Assembly: GCF_006345805.1 (NCBI RefSeq)
Contig: NC_042997.1
Coordinates: 185,380,001 to 185,444,000, forward strand
Length of the DNA stretch: 64,000 nt
Origin: Octopus sinensis
Taxonomy: Eukaryota
Direction: 5' to 3'
This document shows, piece after piece, positions 53,521-64,000 of the stretch. The notes under the pieces are model-generated. The model was given only the letters and a program-made list of their open reading frames with translations, had not been told where the DNA came from and made no database searches. How positions within the stretch are numbered: position 1 is the first letter of the stretch; the number at the start of each line of letters is the position of its first letter. Position numbers and translations under genes: made by a program.

Positions 53521-53735
53521 TCTTTTACTTGTTTCAGTCATTTGACTGCGGCCATGCTGGAGCACCGCCTTTAGTCGAGCAAATTTACCCCGGGACTTAT
53601 TCTTTGTAAGCCCAGTACTTATTCTATCGGTCTCTTTTGCCGAACCGCTAAGTGACGGGGACGTAAACACACCAGCATCGGTTGTCAAGCAATGCTAGGG
53701 GGACAAACACAGACACACAAACATATACACACACA

Positions 53736-53779
<44 letters not shown>

Positions 53780-53962
53780 ATATACACATACATATATACG
53801 ACAGGCTTCTTTCAGTTTCCGTCTACCAAATCCACTCACAAGGCATTGGTCGGCCCGGGGCTATAGCAGAAGACACTTGCTCAAGATGCCACGCAGTGGG
53901 ACTGAACCCGGAACCGTGTGGTTAGTTAGCAAGCTACTTACCACACAGCCACTCCTGCGCCT
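53513..53962 (-). mobile_element. SINE family A, full length
   Basis: Reverse complement of family A. Confidence 0.95.
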
Positions 53963-54269
53963 TCTCTTCACTTTTCTTTACTATTTCCATTCTTTCTTTC
54001 ATTCTCACTCTCTCTATTTCTCCCCCCAACGCTCTCTCACAATCTCTTTATATACACACGCGCGCACACGCAGAATCTTCTCTTTCTTTCTCGTACTCTA
54101 ATTTCTTTAATTCCTTCACACATTGTCTTCACTTTTTCTACCATTCAAATTCTGTCTGTCCTCGTCTCTATATTCTTTCTTTCTCTCGATTTCACGGTCT
54201 CTCTCTTTATTCCTATTTCGCAGTATCTCTGTTTCTTTCTTTCCCTCTCCCCATCTCTCTCTGTCTTTT

Positions 54270-54690
54270 ACTGTCTGTCTGTCTGTCTGACACTCTGTCC
54301 GGCTATCTGTCTGTCTGTGCTGCGTGTCAATCTATCTCTGTCTCTATCTCTGTCTCTCTCTGTCTTTCTCTGTCTGTCCGTCTCTCTCTGTCTCTCTCTG
54401 TCTCTCTGTCTCTGTCTGTCTGTCTTTCTGTCTCTGTCTCTCTCTGTCTTTCACTATTTGTCAGTCTGACAGTCTGTCTATCTGCCTGTCTGTGTATCTC
54501 TCTCTGTCTCTCTCCCTCTCTATCTATATCTACATATCTATCTGTCTCTACATTTACTTCAGTCACCCTTCATACTCTCTCTCTCTCTCTCTCTTTCACT
54601 ATCTGGCTGTCTGACAGTCTGTCCGCCTATCTGCCTGTCTCTCTCTCTCTCTCCCTCTCTATTTATATCTACATATCTATCTGTCTCTAC
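54270..54690. repeat. CT/CTGT-rich simple repeat
   Basis: Direct inspection. Confidence 0.9.
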
Positions 54691-55476
54691 ATTGACTTCA
54701 CTCACCCATTTCTCAGCCTCTCCGTCTCATAACATCCATTACCATATAATCCCACCTTTCCTCCCTTCCCCTCCCCGTTTTTCCGTGCCCCATTTTTCCA
54801 TCTTTCTCCATTTCACCCCTCCACATATTATTAACTCTCCAAGCATCTCCCTACTTTTAACAACATTTTCCTTTGTCTATTTTTAACTTCTGTTATTTTT
54901 CTCTCATGTCCTTCTCACCCATTCCTTCTCTAATTCAGTGTTTCTTGCAAACGATCTCTTCTCTTTAGTATATCCTTTATGTGAACCTAAATGTTCCTCC
55001 ACCGGCCCCCGCTTTTCTGTCAACTGTCTACTTCATATACATTACCCATTTCTCTCCCTTTCCTTCACACACTCTCCTCTCATCTAATGATACTCTTTTC
55101 CCTACCCTCCTTTCGTCTTGTCTCTCAATCTATTTTTCTTCTGTCTAACAGTATCCCTCCTAAGGAGATAATAGTGTTAAGTAATGTTGCCTGGATACCA
55201 CATGAACCAGATGATACTGTATAATTACAAATTAGGACGTCTTTGGAAACGACAGCTTTCCATTCCGCCTGACACATGTTATTCTCACTGAGATATTTAT
55301 ACAAGTGTAATGTGCTATTTTTTGTAACATTGTTTATATCCGGCCATGTGAAAATGTTGTAGACCCAGTCAGAGGTTCTGTATGTGTATATGTGAAATTA
55401 TGAGCGCAAATATATACATACACGCACACACACATACACACACACACACACACGCACACACACACACACACACACA

Positions 55477-55565
<89 letters not shown>

Positions 55566-55567
<2 letters not shown>

Positions 55568-55828
55568 CGTAGGAGTAGCTGTATGGTAAATAGCTTGCTT
55601 ACCAGCCACATCGTTCCGGGTTCAGTCCCCCTGTGTGGCACCTTGGGCCAGTGTTTTCAGTTATAGCCTCGGGCCGACCAAAGCCTTGTGAGTGGATTTG
55701 GTAGATGGAAACTGAAAGAAGCCCGTCGAATATGTGTATATATATGTGTGTGTGTTTGTGTTTGTCCTCCCAACATCGCTTGACAACCGATGCTCATGTG
55801 TTTACGTCCTCGTAACTTAGCGGTTCGG
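55566..55828 (+). mobile_element. SINE family A, 3'-truncated
   Basis: Head intact, breaks at the junction with the maT fragment. Confidence 0.9.
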
Positions 55829-55831
55829 AAA

Positions 55832-56335
55832 AATAGTAATCAAGGGGGTTGCAATTTGGGAAGTTAGGTGGCCAGATGTTAGGGGTAATGTGGTCACAGA
55901 ATTTGTCTAATAGCCATGACTGAGTTCTCCTGCTTCTGTGACATGGTGCAGAGTCCTGTTGCAAGACATAGTGTCTTCCAGCAGCCACCCTCTTGACTCA
56001 GGGCAGCACTACTTTCTCCGGGCACTTGATGTACGTCTCTGTGTAGAGTCTGAGGCGTGTGGGATGATGAATGGAAGTATAACATCGCCATCACTAGTGA
56101 TCACTCCAAACACCATGATGTTGACTGGATGTTTGATTTTTATCACTCTCGATACATGTCCTCAAATTGCACTGTCCTCAGATTGACAGTCTGAAATGTT
56201 CGTATTAGAACTTCTGGCGCGAGTGCCAAGCAGTATCGCATGTCATTTCCAAATTTCTGGCACAGTGAATCGCACCATGATGCTGTTTTTCTTACAGACG
56301 GTGCCCAGTTGACCCTATTATACTGTGTAGTCGAC
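55832..56335 (-). pseudogene. Tc1/mariner DD37D (maT) transposase fragment
   Basis: YVLQQDSAPCH...WPPNFPNCNPLDYY, with 37 residues between the second and third Asp. Frameshifted. Confidence 0.82.
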
Positions 56336-58560
56336 AAAATCAAAAACATACTATGTGCAAGCGCGAAATTGAAAATATAAATGGCGACAATTTACCCATC
56401 GCATCCTACACCAAACATGTCAAATGTTCCTTTATCTCTTTGTAGACTGTAAAAATGATGAACAACCTTAATCGATTTCCAACCCTTAGTGTGATCTCAT
56501 CTGAGGTGTCACCATTACTTGAGCAATTCTAAGAGATTGGCTAAATAAAATAGACACCGCATTGTAGGACGGAAGACATAGGACGCCGAGTGTAAAGATT
56601 GAGCTAAAAGTTCTATGAAATTTGAATTTATTCTCTTTAGCCGGAGATATGCCACATTATCATGCATCAACAGCCTCGGCTTGTACTATAAAATTATTAA
56701 ATTCTCCAAGAGGTACTTTTTTCATTTATTATCATACCAGTATCTTTAAGAGAACTCAAAAAGCTTGAATTAATATGTGCATTTGAAATTTTGGACACAA
56801 GCTGGATTGCAAGCAATCCAAGACGTATATTTAAAAATATAAATATATTATATTTTAGTAAAATAAACGCTAAGTCATACGCTTTGGTTGGTTCCCCTGT
56901 TTTTTTTTGTTTTTTTTTGTTTTTTTTTTTTGTCAAAGCTGAAAGGAGAAAGAATTTGGTGTGGTGAGAGAGAAAGAAAATATTGTAAAAAAAAAAAAAA
57001 GTGGATCGGATAGATAGATAGATGGATGGATGGATGGGAAAGAGATTGCCTGAGTGGAAGGAGGAGGAGAACGAAAAAGAAAGGGAGCCAAATAGTCAGC
57101 AGTTTGTGTGAGAATGGACAGTGAGGGAGTATACTGCAAAAGGAGTGACAGATGAAAAATGAACGCAAGTAAGAGAGGAAAGTGAGGACGGAAAAAACTC
57201 TGAGATCTTTCAAGAACAGAGAGGTAATGTGATAAAATAACATAAGTATAGTGATAACATGATTACACACGCACGCACACACACACACACACACACACAC
57301 CGAGTCACATATGTACAATAGCAAGACGATACATATTGTTGGAGCTAATATATATATATATATATGTTGTATGTTCGCATGTAGTCTTATGAAAGAAATC
57401 TTATTTAAATAAGGCAAATATTTATTTCATTATTTTAACTATAAAGATTATGTTTTAAAAAAAAATTTCCCCCATATATTTTCTTTTTTTGGTCTTGGTA
57501 ATGTGATTAGCAAAATGCCTTCCAAGTTTGTGTTGCTGATAATGTACTGGGTTTCTTTCATTAAAACTTACTTTAAACAAGATATTCGTGAGAAGTACAG
57601 CTAAAATATCGTAATGCGTAATCTATGAATACATCACATGTTGTAACAAATTGTTATCGGTAATGTGTGTAATTCAATTACGTTCTTACGATTTCCATGT
57701 TGTTATCGTATACATGAAATTGACATGTATTGCGCTCGAAATTTTTTCAGTTAGGGAAGAAAAATTTATTTTATTTATTAATGTTTTATTTGCATATGAA
57801 TGCATATAAGGCTTAGAAGAAGAGTCGATTGAATCTATCCTTGCGTTTACATGGTACAGATTTTATCCAGCGCATTGGATAAAATCGTCCCACAGTAAAA
57901 TTTAAGCTCACAAAATAGCATTACAATATTACATATCTAATCAAGTTTATTTATAGTTTTTCTGTTCTGTCGCTCAGGCAATATTTTTGCTGTTCTTGTT
58001 TCATTTATTACATAATTATAATTATGCTATGCGTCCTACGTATATCTTAAATATTTTGTAGGCTTAAACGCTCATAAAATGATAATGCAATGGTATTCCA
58101 TTTCATGCCTATAAAAATGTAGTGTGTGTGTTATGTAAGAATGTAAGTACACTAAAGAAAGAAAAACTGATTTCGAATATTGACATACGTCGAGTACTTA
58201 ATGGTCATCAAATTAATCCCAGTTGGAATTGAATTCAAAAGGCTAATGCAGTCTATCTATAAACTTGTACACAGTAGGCCTGGGCATTTTTTTGTTTTGT
58301 TTTTGAGAAAGACAGACACTTACCCATTCTTACAAAACTAACACTGCTGTCCCCGTTACTGAAGTTTATCTAAGGGAATATCCACCGATTTGGCATCAGT
58401 GTCCTCGCAAGTGATGCTTTCAAAGCGCGTTGTATTTGAACAGATACTATGGCGGTACTTTCGCAATTCTCTAACAGTTCTGTTGACTCACTGCCGTGGA
58501 TTGGTAGTATTTCTTGATTCCAAAAGTATGAAAGGCAATGAGGACCTTGACTGGACTTGA

Positions 58561-58946
58561 ACTCTTTACTCTTTTTCTTGTTTCAATCATTTGACTGCGG
58601 CCATGCTGGAGCACCGCCTTTAGTCGAACAAATCAACCCCAGGACTTGTTCTTTTAAGTCTAGTACTTATTTTATCGGTCTCTATTGCCGAGCCGCTAGG
58701 TTACGAGGACGTAAACACACCAGCATCGGTTGTCAAGTGATGTTGGAGTACCAAACATACACACGCATATATATATACATACATATATACGACGGGTTTC
58801 TTTCAGTTTCCGTCTACCAAATCCACTCACAAGGCTTTGGTCTGCCCGAGACTATAGTAGAAGACACTTGCCCAAAGTGCCACGCAGTGGGACTGAACAC
58901 GGAATCATGTGGTTCGTAAGCAAGCTACTTACCACACAGCCACTCC
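58561..58946 (-). mobile_element. SINE family A
   Basis: Reverse complement of family A. Confidence 0.92.
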
Positions 58947-60676
58947 GGAACAAATATTGTGAAACCTTCTATTCAACACGCTAACATCAATGCTAATTAG
59001 CTGATGTCAAAACACTAACGGATATAATTAACTACCACATGGTATTTAGTTCGGTGCTCCACCGATTCTGCTACGACCAGCCTCTAAAAGAACAGGTTTT
59101 AAAAGCTGTATAAGTAATTATCTACAGTGTATTTCTATGGATCAGCCCCTTTGCGACCATATATTCATAAGTGTGCATGCGTGTTTGAGTGTGTGGGCGT
59201 ACTTTGTGTGTGTGTGTGTGGTGTGTGTGTGCACGTGCACAATTTCTTGCATACTAGAACTGATATTACAAGAAGGTTGCGGAAAGGCTGTAATACTATG
59301 GAAGTCACTTGGTCATAGTATTATATATTCATGCGGGCGCGCGTGTGTCTATACATGTATATATTATCAAAAAAAGGGCACCGTGAAACACAACATGTGG
59401 CGAAATACCGGGGTCGTTTGTGGATTTCGCATTCTACTCTAGTAACCAGTATTGTACGACGTGCTGTATCAACCTCAGGATAGACTAGTATGTGAAATTG
59501 GAGCCAATTAATAGAAGAGAAAACGAAAAAAAAGGTAAATAAACGAACGTGTCGACATAGCACAAGCAATATATTGATAAGACGTTCAGGGAAAGAAAGG
59601 GGTACTAGTTTTACGTTTCGAGCATAGCTCTTCTTCAAGAAACAGGAAAAACAAGAAAGTCAAAGCGAAGGACAAAAACAATCGCCAACAATCACTTGCG
59701 GTTACATTTTTGACGATTTTTTTTAAACAGTGAGTTAGAGAATTGAATAGAGGGTTGCCTGCATTGAGGAGGTAAGTTGGAAAGAAAATGTGAGAGAATG
59801 TGAAGATACTGGAGAAAGTGTGAGTGCAGGTGTAGGTGTGGGTGATGGCAAAGAGGAGGAAAAGGAAGGAGAGTGGAAGGTGAACTGAAGTAAAGAGAAG
59901 GGAAGAGGAAGATTCACGGACAAATTATAATGATTCACAATCAAAGGTACAGAATAGCGTACTACGAATGAATAAGATGACGTAATCCAATGGCAGAGAG
60001 AGATCCATGAATATGAATATGCAAACATACTAACACCTACACACAAAAAAGGTGTGTGACAGACATGGAAAAAATACAAGAAACCAAGAGAGAACGTGTT
60101 CGTATGTATGTGTGTGTGTGTGTGTGCAAGTGAGTATGTGTATGAAGCTTCATTTTATTTATACAGATATATAGATAAAGCGTTTTTTACATCATGAGAA
60201 AAAGGAAATATATGTATATTCGTTATTTTCTTCTGTTTATAAGTAGGGAATGTTCTGTAGGTGTGTATATAAACACATGTGTATTTGTGATTAGGTGTAT
60301 ATCACTTAGACTGTTTTATTTTTTGTGCATGCCTATGTACTCTCTTGCATTTTTATTCAGTAAAATTAAGTAAACAAACAGATGTTTGGACACCTGTAAC
60401 TTTGAAAAGTTATCACCTTTCCAAAAACAATATTTGTGTATACATAAACCATATTGCTTAATATTCCTAACATACAGGCACAATCACACATCTCCATTCA
60501 CACGCATTCAAATATACAAACACTCATACAAACGTACCAAATCTATACATTTGCATGTTTAAGATAGTTTAAATATAATATATCGCTATGAAAACACTTG
60601 TTGAAGCTGATGTTCAATTTGTCTATCTATCTCTCTGCACACACACACACACCACACACACACACACACATATACA

Positions 60677-60716
<40 letters not shown>

Positions 60717-60791
60717 AAACAAGTAGAGTTTGTGTTGCGCTACATGGATATATCAAGGGTTAAACGGAAAGACCACACTAAAGAGAAAAGA

Positions 60792-61122
60792 AGAGAAAAA
60801 TTAGACGAAAGCGGAGCAACGGAAAACTATACGAAAACTTAACAGACAGAAAATTGGCGAAAGCACGATATACGGAACATTCGCAGCTGTTTCCCTCGTT
60901 AGTTAATGAACCAAGATATCATTGTAGCTTCGCGCCTTTTCACATTGAGACCGCTCAATCTTTGCAGCGTCAGGAGGCACGAAAGTACTATAATGCCTTC
61001 AGTCATTGACTGACGAAGAAATCAGCTGCGAATGTTCCGTGTTTCGTGTCTTTGTCTAATTTTCCCTCTGCTAATTTTTCTTCTAGTTTTCCGTTTACTC
61101 TGCTTCCGTCTAATTTTTCTCT
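60792..61122. repeat. Old ~330-bp palindrome (fold-back), centre near 60951
   Basis: Arms roughly 80% identical by eye, with pairing continuing to a TTGAG/CTCAA apical hairpin. Confidence 0.9.
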
Positions 61123-61181
61123 ATATTATGTATTTGGTTAATGACAAACGGAAAATGCAAATTACGAGAAATTTTATTAAT

Positions 61182-61222
61182 CGCTATAATTGTTTCGACC
61201 CGTCTAGCATCGGTCTCTCACC
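61182..61222 (-). ncRNA. Degenerate HHR remnant
   Basis: Minus strand: GACC..GGUC-GAAA-CAAUUA-UA. The CUGANGA core is replaced by GGUGAGA at a junction. Confidence 0.45.
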
Positions 61223-61329
61223 TAAAAGTGACCTAAAGTGACCTACTTTTAGGTCACTTTAAATAAAACCGTCGTTTCAGTAATACTGTGTACAAACTCT
61301 ATTCTTGGAATGACTAATTTTAAATACTA

Positions 61330-61690
61330 ATGAAATTTACAATGACCAATATTAAATACTACTGGAATTTACTCGTAAGGTATTGTAATCTTATATATAT
61401 ACAATTCTGTCTAAATAATGGATCTACAGATGCAATATCCCTGCATATCTAACATCTATTTTCATTCCTTCACTTCAGTCTTTTTATCTCGTATCTTATC
61501 TAAATTAACTACTGCTTAAACATTTTCTCACACCGTCTCCGATGAAGGGATATAATAAATATCCTAGAAACAGCTGTAAGACTTTCTATTTATAAATGTT
61601 CTAAAATCTTCACTGCCCTGAAAAAAAATTGAGATGCAATATTGTCCTCTATAGCACCGCCACATTTAGTTGACAAATATATTTTACAAT
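61330..61690 (+). mobile_element. PLE pLTR with HHR (61535-61582)
   Basis: GUCU-CCGAUGA-(A)GGGAUAU/AUAUCCU(A)-GAAA-CAGCUG-UA/AGAC. Confidence 0.78.
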
Positions 61691-61694
61691 ACAT

Positions 61695-62065
61695 ACTCTT
61701 TACTCTTTTACTCTTTTACTTGTTTCAGTCATTTGACTGCGGCCATGCTGGAGCACCACCTTTTAGTACTTATTCTATCGGTCTCTTTTTGCCGAACCGC
61801 TAAGTGACGGGGACCTAAACACACCAGCATCGGTTGTCAAGCAATGCTAGGGGGACAAACACAGACACACAAACACACACACATATACATATATATACAT
61901 ACATACGACAGGCTTCTTTCAGTTTCCGTCTACCAAATCCACTCACAAGGCATTGGTCGGCCCGGGGCTATAGCAGAAGACACTTGCCCAAGATGCCACG
62001 CAGTGGGACTGAACCCGCAACCGTGTGGTTGGTTAGCAAGCTACTTACCACACAGCCACTCCTGC
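61695..62065 (-). mobile_element. SINE family A with internal deletion
   Basis: Lacks the GTCGAGCAAATCGACC..GTAAGCC segment. Confidence 0.9.
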
Positions 62066-62239
62066 TGTATATATATATATATATATATATATTCCTCCTC
62101 CATATTTTTAAGAGATCTTGGGCCAACTGGTTTTGCTAACGGCACGCCATAAGCCATAAAGCTAAACTCTTTATGGATAGGAAACCTAAGGTAATCCCAT
62201 AAACTGGCCTTCCCATTTTTAATATGTATTTATTTATTT

Positions 62240-62682
62240 TTGTGTGTGTGTGTGTGTGTGAGTCTTTGTGTTTGCACCACTACCACCGCTTGACAACCGA
62301 TGCTGGGGTGTTGAAGTCCCTGTAATTTGTTTGTTAATATGTAAATATAGCTATGAGCTTATAAATACGAGATGCTTCAGGATACATTTAGATTTTGCAT
62401 ATATATATATATATATTCCTTTATTCTTTTACTTGATTCAGTCGGCATTTCGGCAAAAAGACTGATAGAATATTACTAGGTTTACAAAGAATAAATACTG
62501 CGGTTGATTTCTTTTACTGAAAATCTTTAAGGCAGTGTTCCAGCATGGGCGCAGTCAAATGACTAAAACAAGTAAAAGCATAAAATTATATATATATATA
62601 TATATATGCAAAATCTCAGTATATTCAGAAGCATCTCGTATGTATAAGCACATACCTATCTTTATATACTGACAAATAAATT
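62240..62682 (+). mobile_element. Old SINE-A 3' half interrupted by an inverted duplication
   Basis: 62324-62435 is a diverged reverse complement of 62569-62682. Confidence 0.8.
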
Positions 62683-64000
62683 AACCTTTAAATGGAGTAT
62701 AAATAATGGATGCATTCTCTGCTTAGTTTTCGTCTATCCTAACATGATACTGATTATATCCAATCAATTGGAATGACACCCCAAATCTTCCAGCCGTCAA
62801 ATTTAAGCTCACAAAATGGACCACGAAACAAAACACAGACGATGTTTTCATTCACAATGCTATCATATCGCACGCCACCCCTCCCTCCTACTCTCACGAG
62901 TTCTCCATTCTCCACCCTCTCTCCACCTTCTGTTTATTATCACTTCTTGCTCTTCCTCTACATCTCCACTCTCCCTCCCTGGTTCAGTTGCATCCTACCT
63001 CTCCCTGCCTTTTACTCCTGTTTTCCTCCTCACCCATTGAACATTTAAATCTCTCGTACCTGGATGTGAACTGCAATCTTCCAGTTTTTCCTCCTGGAGG
63101 AAGGAAGCCGGTATTACAGTAACGTCTTCACCTACTAGTCGCATATTGATGTCTTTTTGCAACATTGTAATTCCGAATTGCGAACATTACAACTGTTACG
63201 TAAATATGAGATCACAGAAGCACCTGTCGTGTGAAAAAAATTATAATTTCTCTTAGTTTTCCGTATTTTTTGTATGTATGTATGCATATATTGCATATGT
63301 GTGTGTATGTACTTCTTAAACTGATATGTTTAGATAACAACTGAGTAGTTTTAGTAAGCTGGAATTGCTGATGTGATAGGAGGATTAATTCAGTATTTCA
63401 AAGCCAGTGGTTTGAGCATATTTTATCTGTATTAAAAAGCAATAGAGGACACACATACACATACGCCTTCACTCATAATCCCATTACTAATGTAAATATG
63501 TGTGTGTGTATGTATGTATGTATGTATGTATGCATTTATACACCTATGTTTGTGTTTTTGCAGGTTTGTGTTCGTATCCCTTAATAATATCAGTCGTTTC
63601 AATGTAAACTCTGTTTCAATTCTATTTTTTCTTAAAGAACACATGATATCGATTAATGTGTCAGCGTAAGCACGCTTGCGCGAAGACACACATGCACGTT
63701 CATATATCTGTATGTGTGAGTATGTGTATGTGTGTGTGTGCATAATACGTTATGATATGATACATGATATACTAGAATTTGTACATGCAGGTGTGTCAAT
63801 AGCCACTGACAGAGAGAAAAGCAAGAACGAAAAGGGAATAGAGAGTGAGAGGGAAACAAATATTCTTTCCACAAGAGTGACTAAATATAGGATGACATTC
63901 AACTTTACTTTATTATATGTTATTACCTAAATACACACACACATACACACACCCGTACATGCACACCCATTTCCTCACACGCACAACAAAAATAAAATCA

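Noticed and set aside
60792-61122. G-U covariation implying a selected viroid- or obelisk-like rod RNA
   Set aside because: Counted transitions in the main arms were about 5 G-U to 5 A-C, as expected from neutral decay of a DNA palindrome.

Overview
This is AT-rich, microsatellite-dense eukaryotic DNA made almost entirely of mobile elements. The SINE families resemble those I recall from Octopus, so a coleoid cephalopod source is inferred but not confirmed. I found no confidently identifiable host gene. The window contains four or five tRNA-derived SINE families, RTE, R4/Dong and Tx1/L1 LINE fragments, mariner and maT remnants, and a non-autonomous Helitron. The main signal is a Penelope-like element (PLE) system with about 11 type-I hammerhead ribozyme (HHR) motifs from several sequence families. 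At least four have complete folds: 220-299 (-), 1783-1862 (+), 49207-49249 (-) and 49315-49357 (+). A fifth, 61535-61582 (+), has a U4C core variant. Several HHRs occur as outward-facing inverted pairs (fold-backs) beside (TA)n tracts, one pair enclosing a GIY-YIG endonuclease. A second theme is an ORF1-only Tx1-like element whose 3' end is shared with a SINE that also occurs with a different, (TTA)n-ending tail. All folds and alignments were done by eye.
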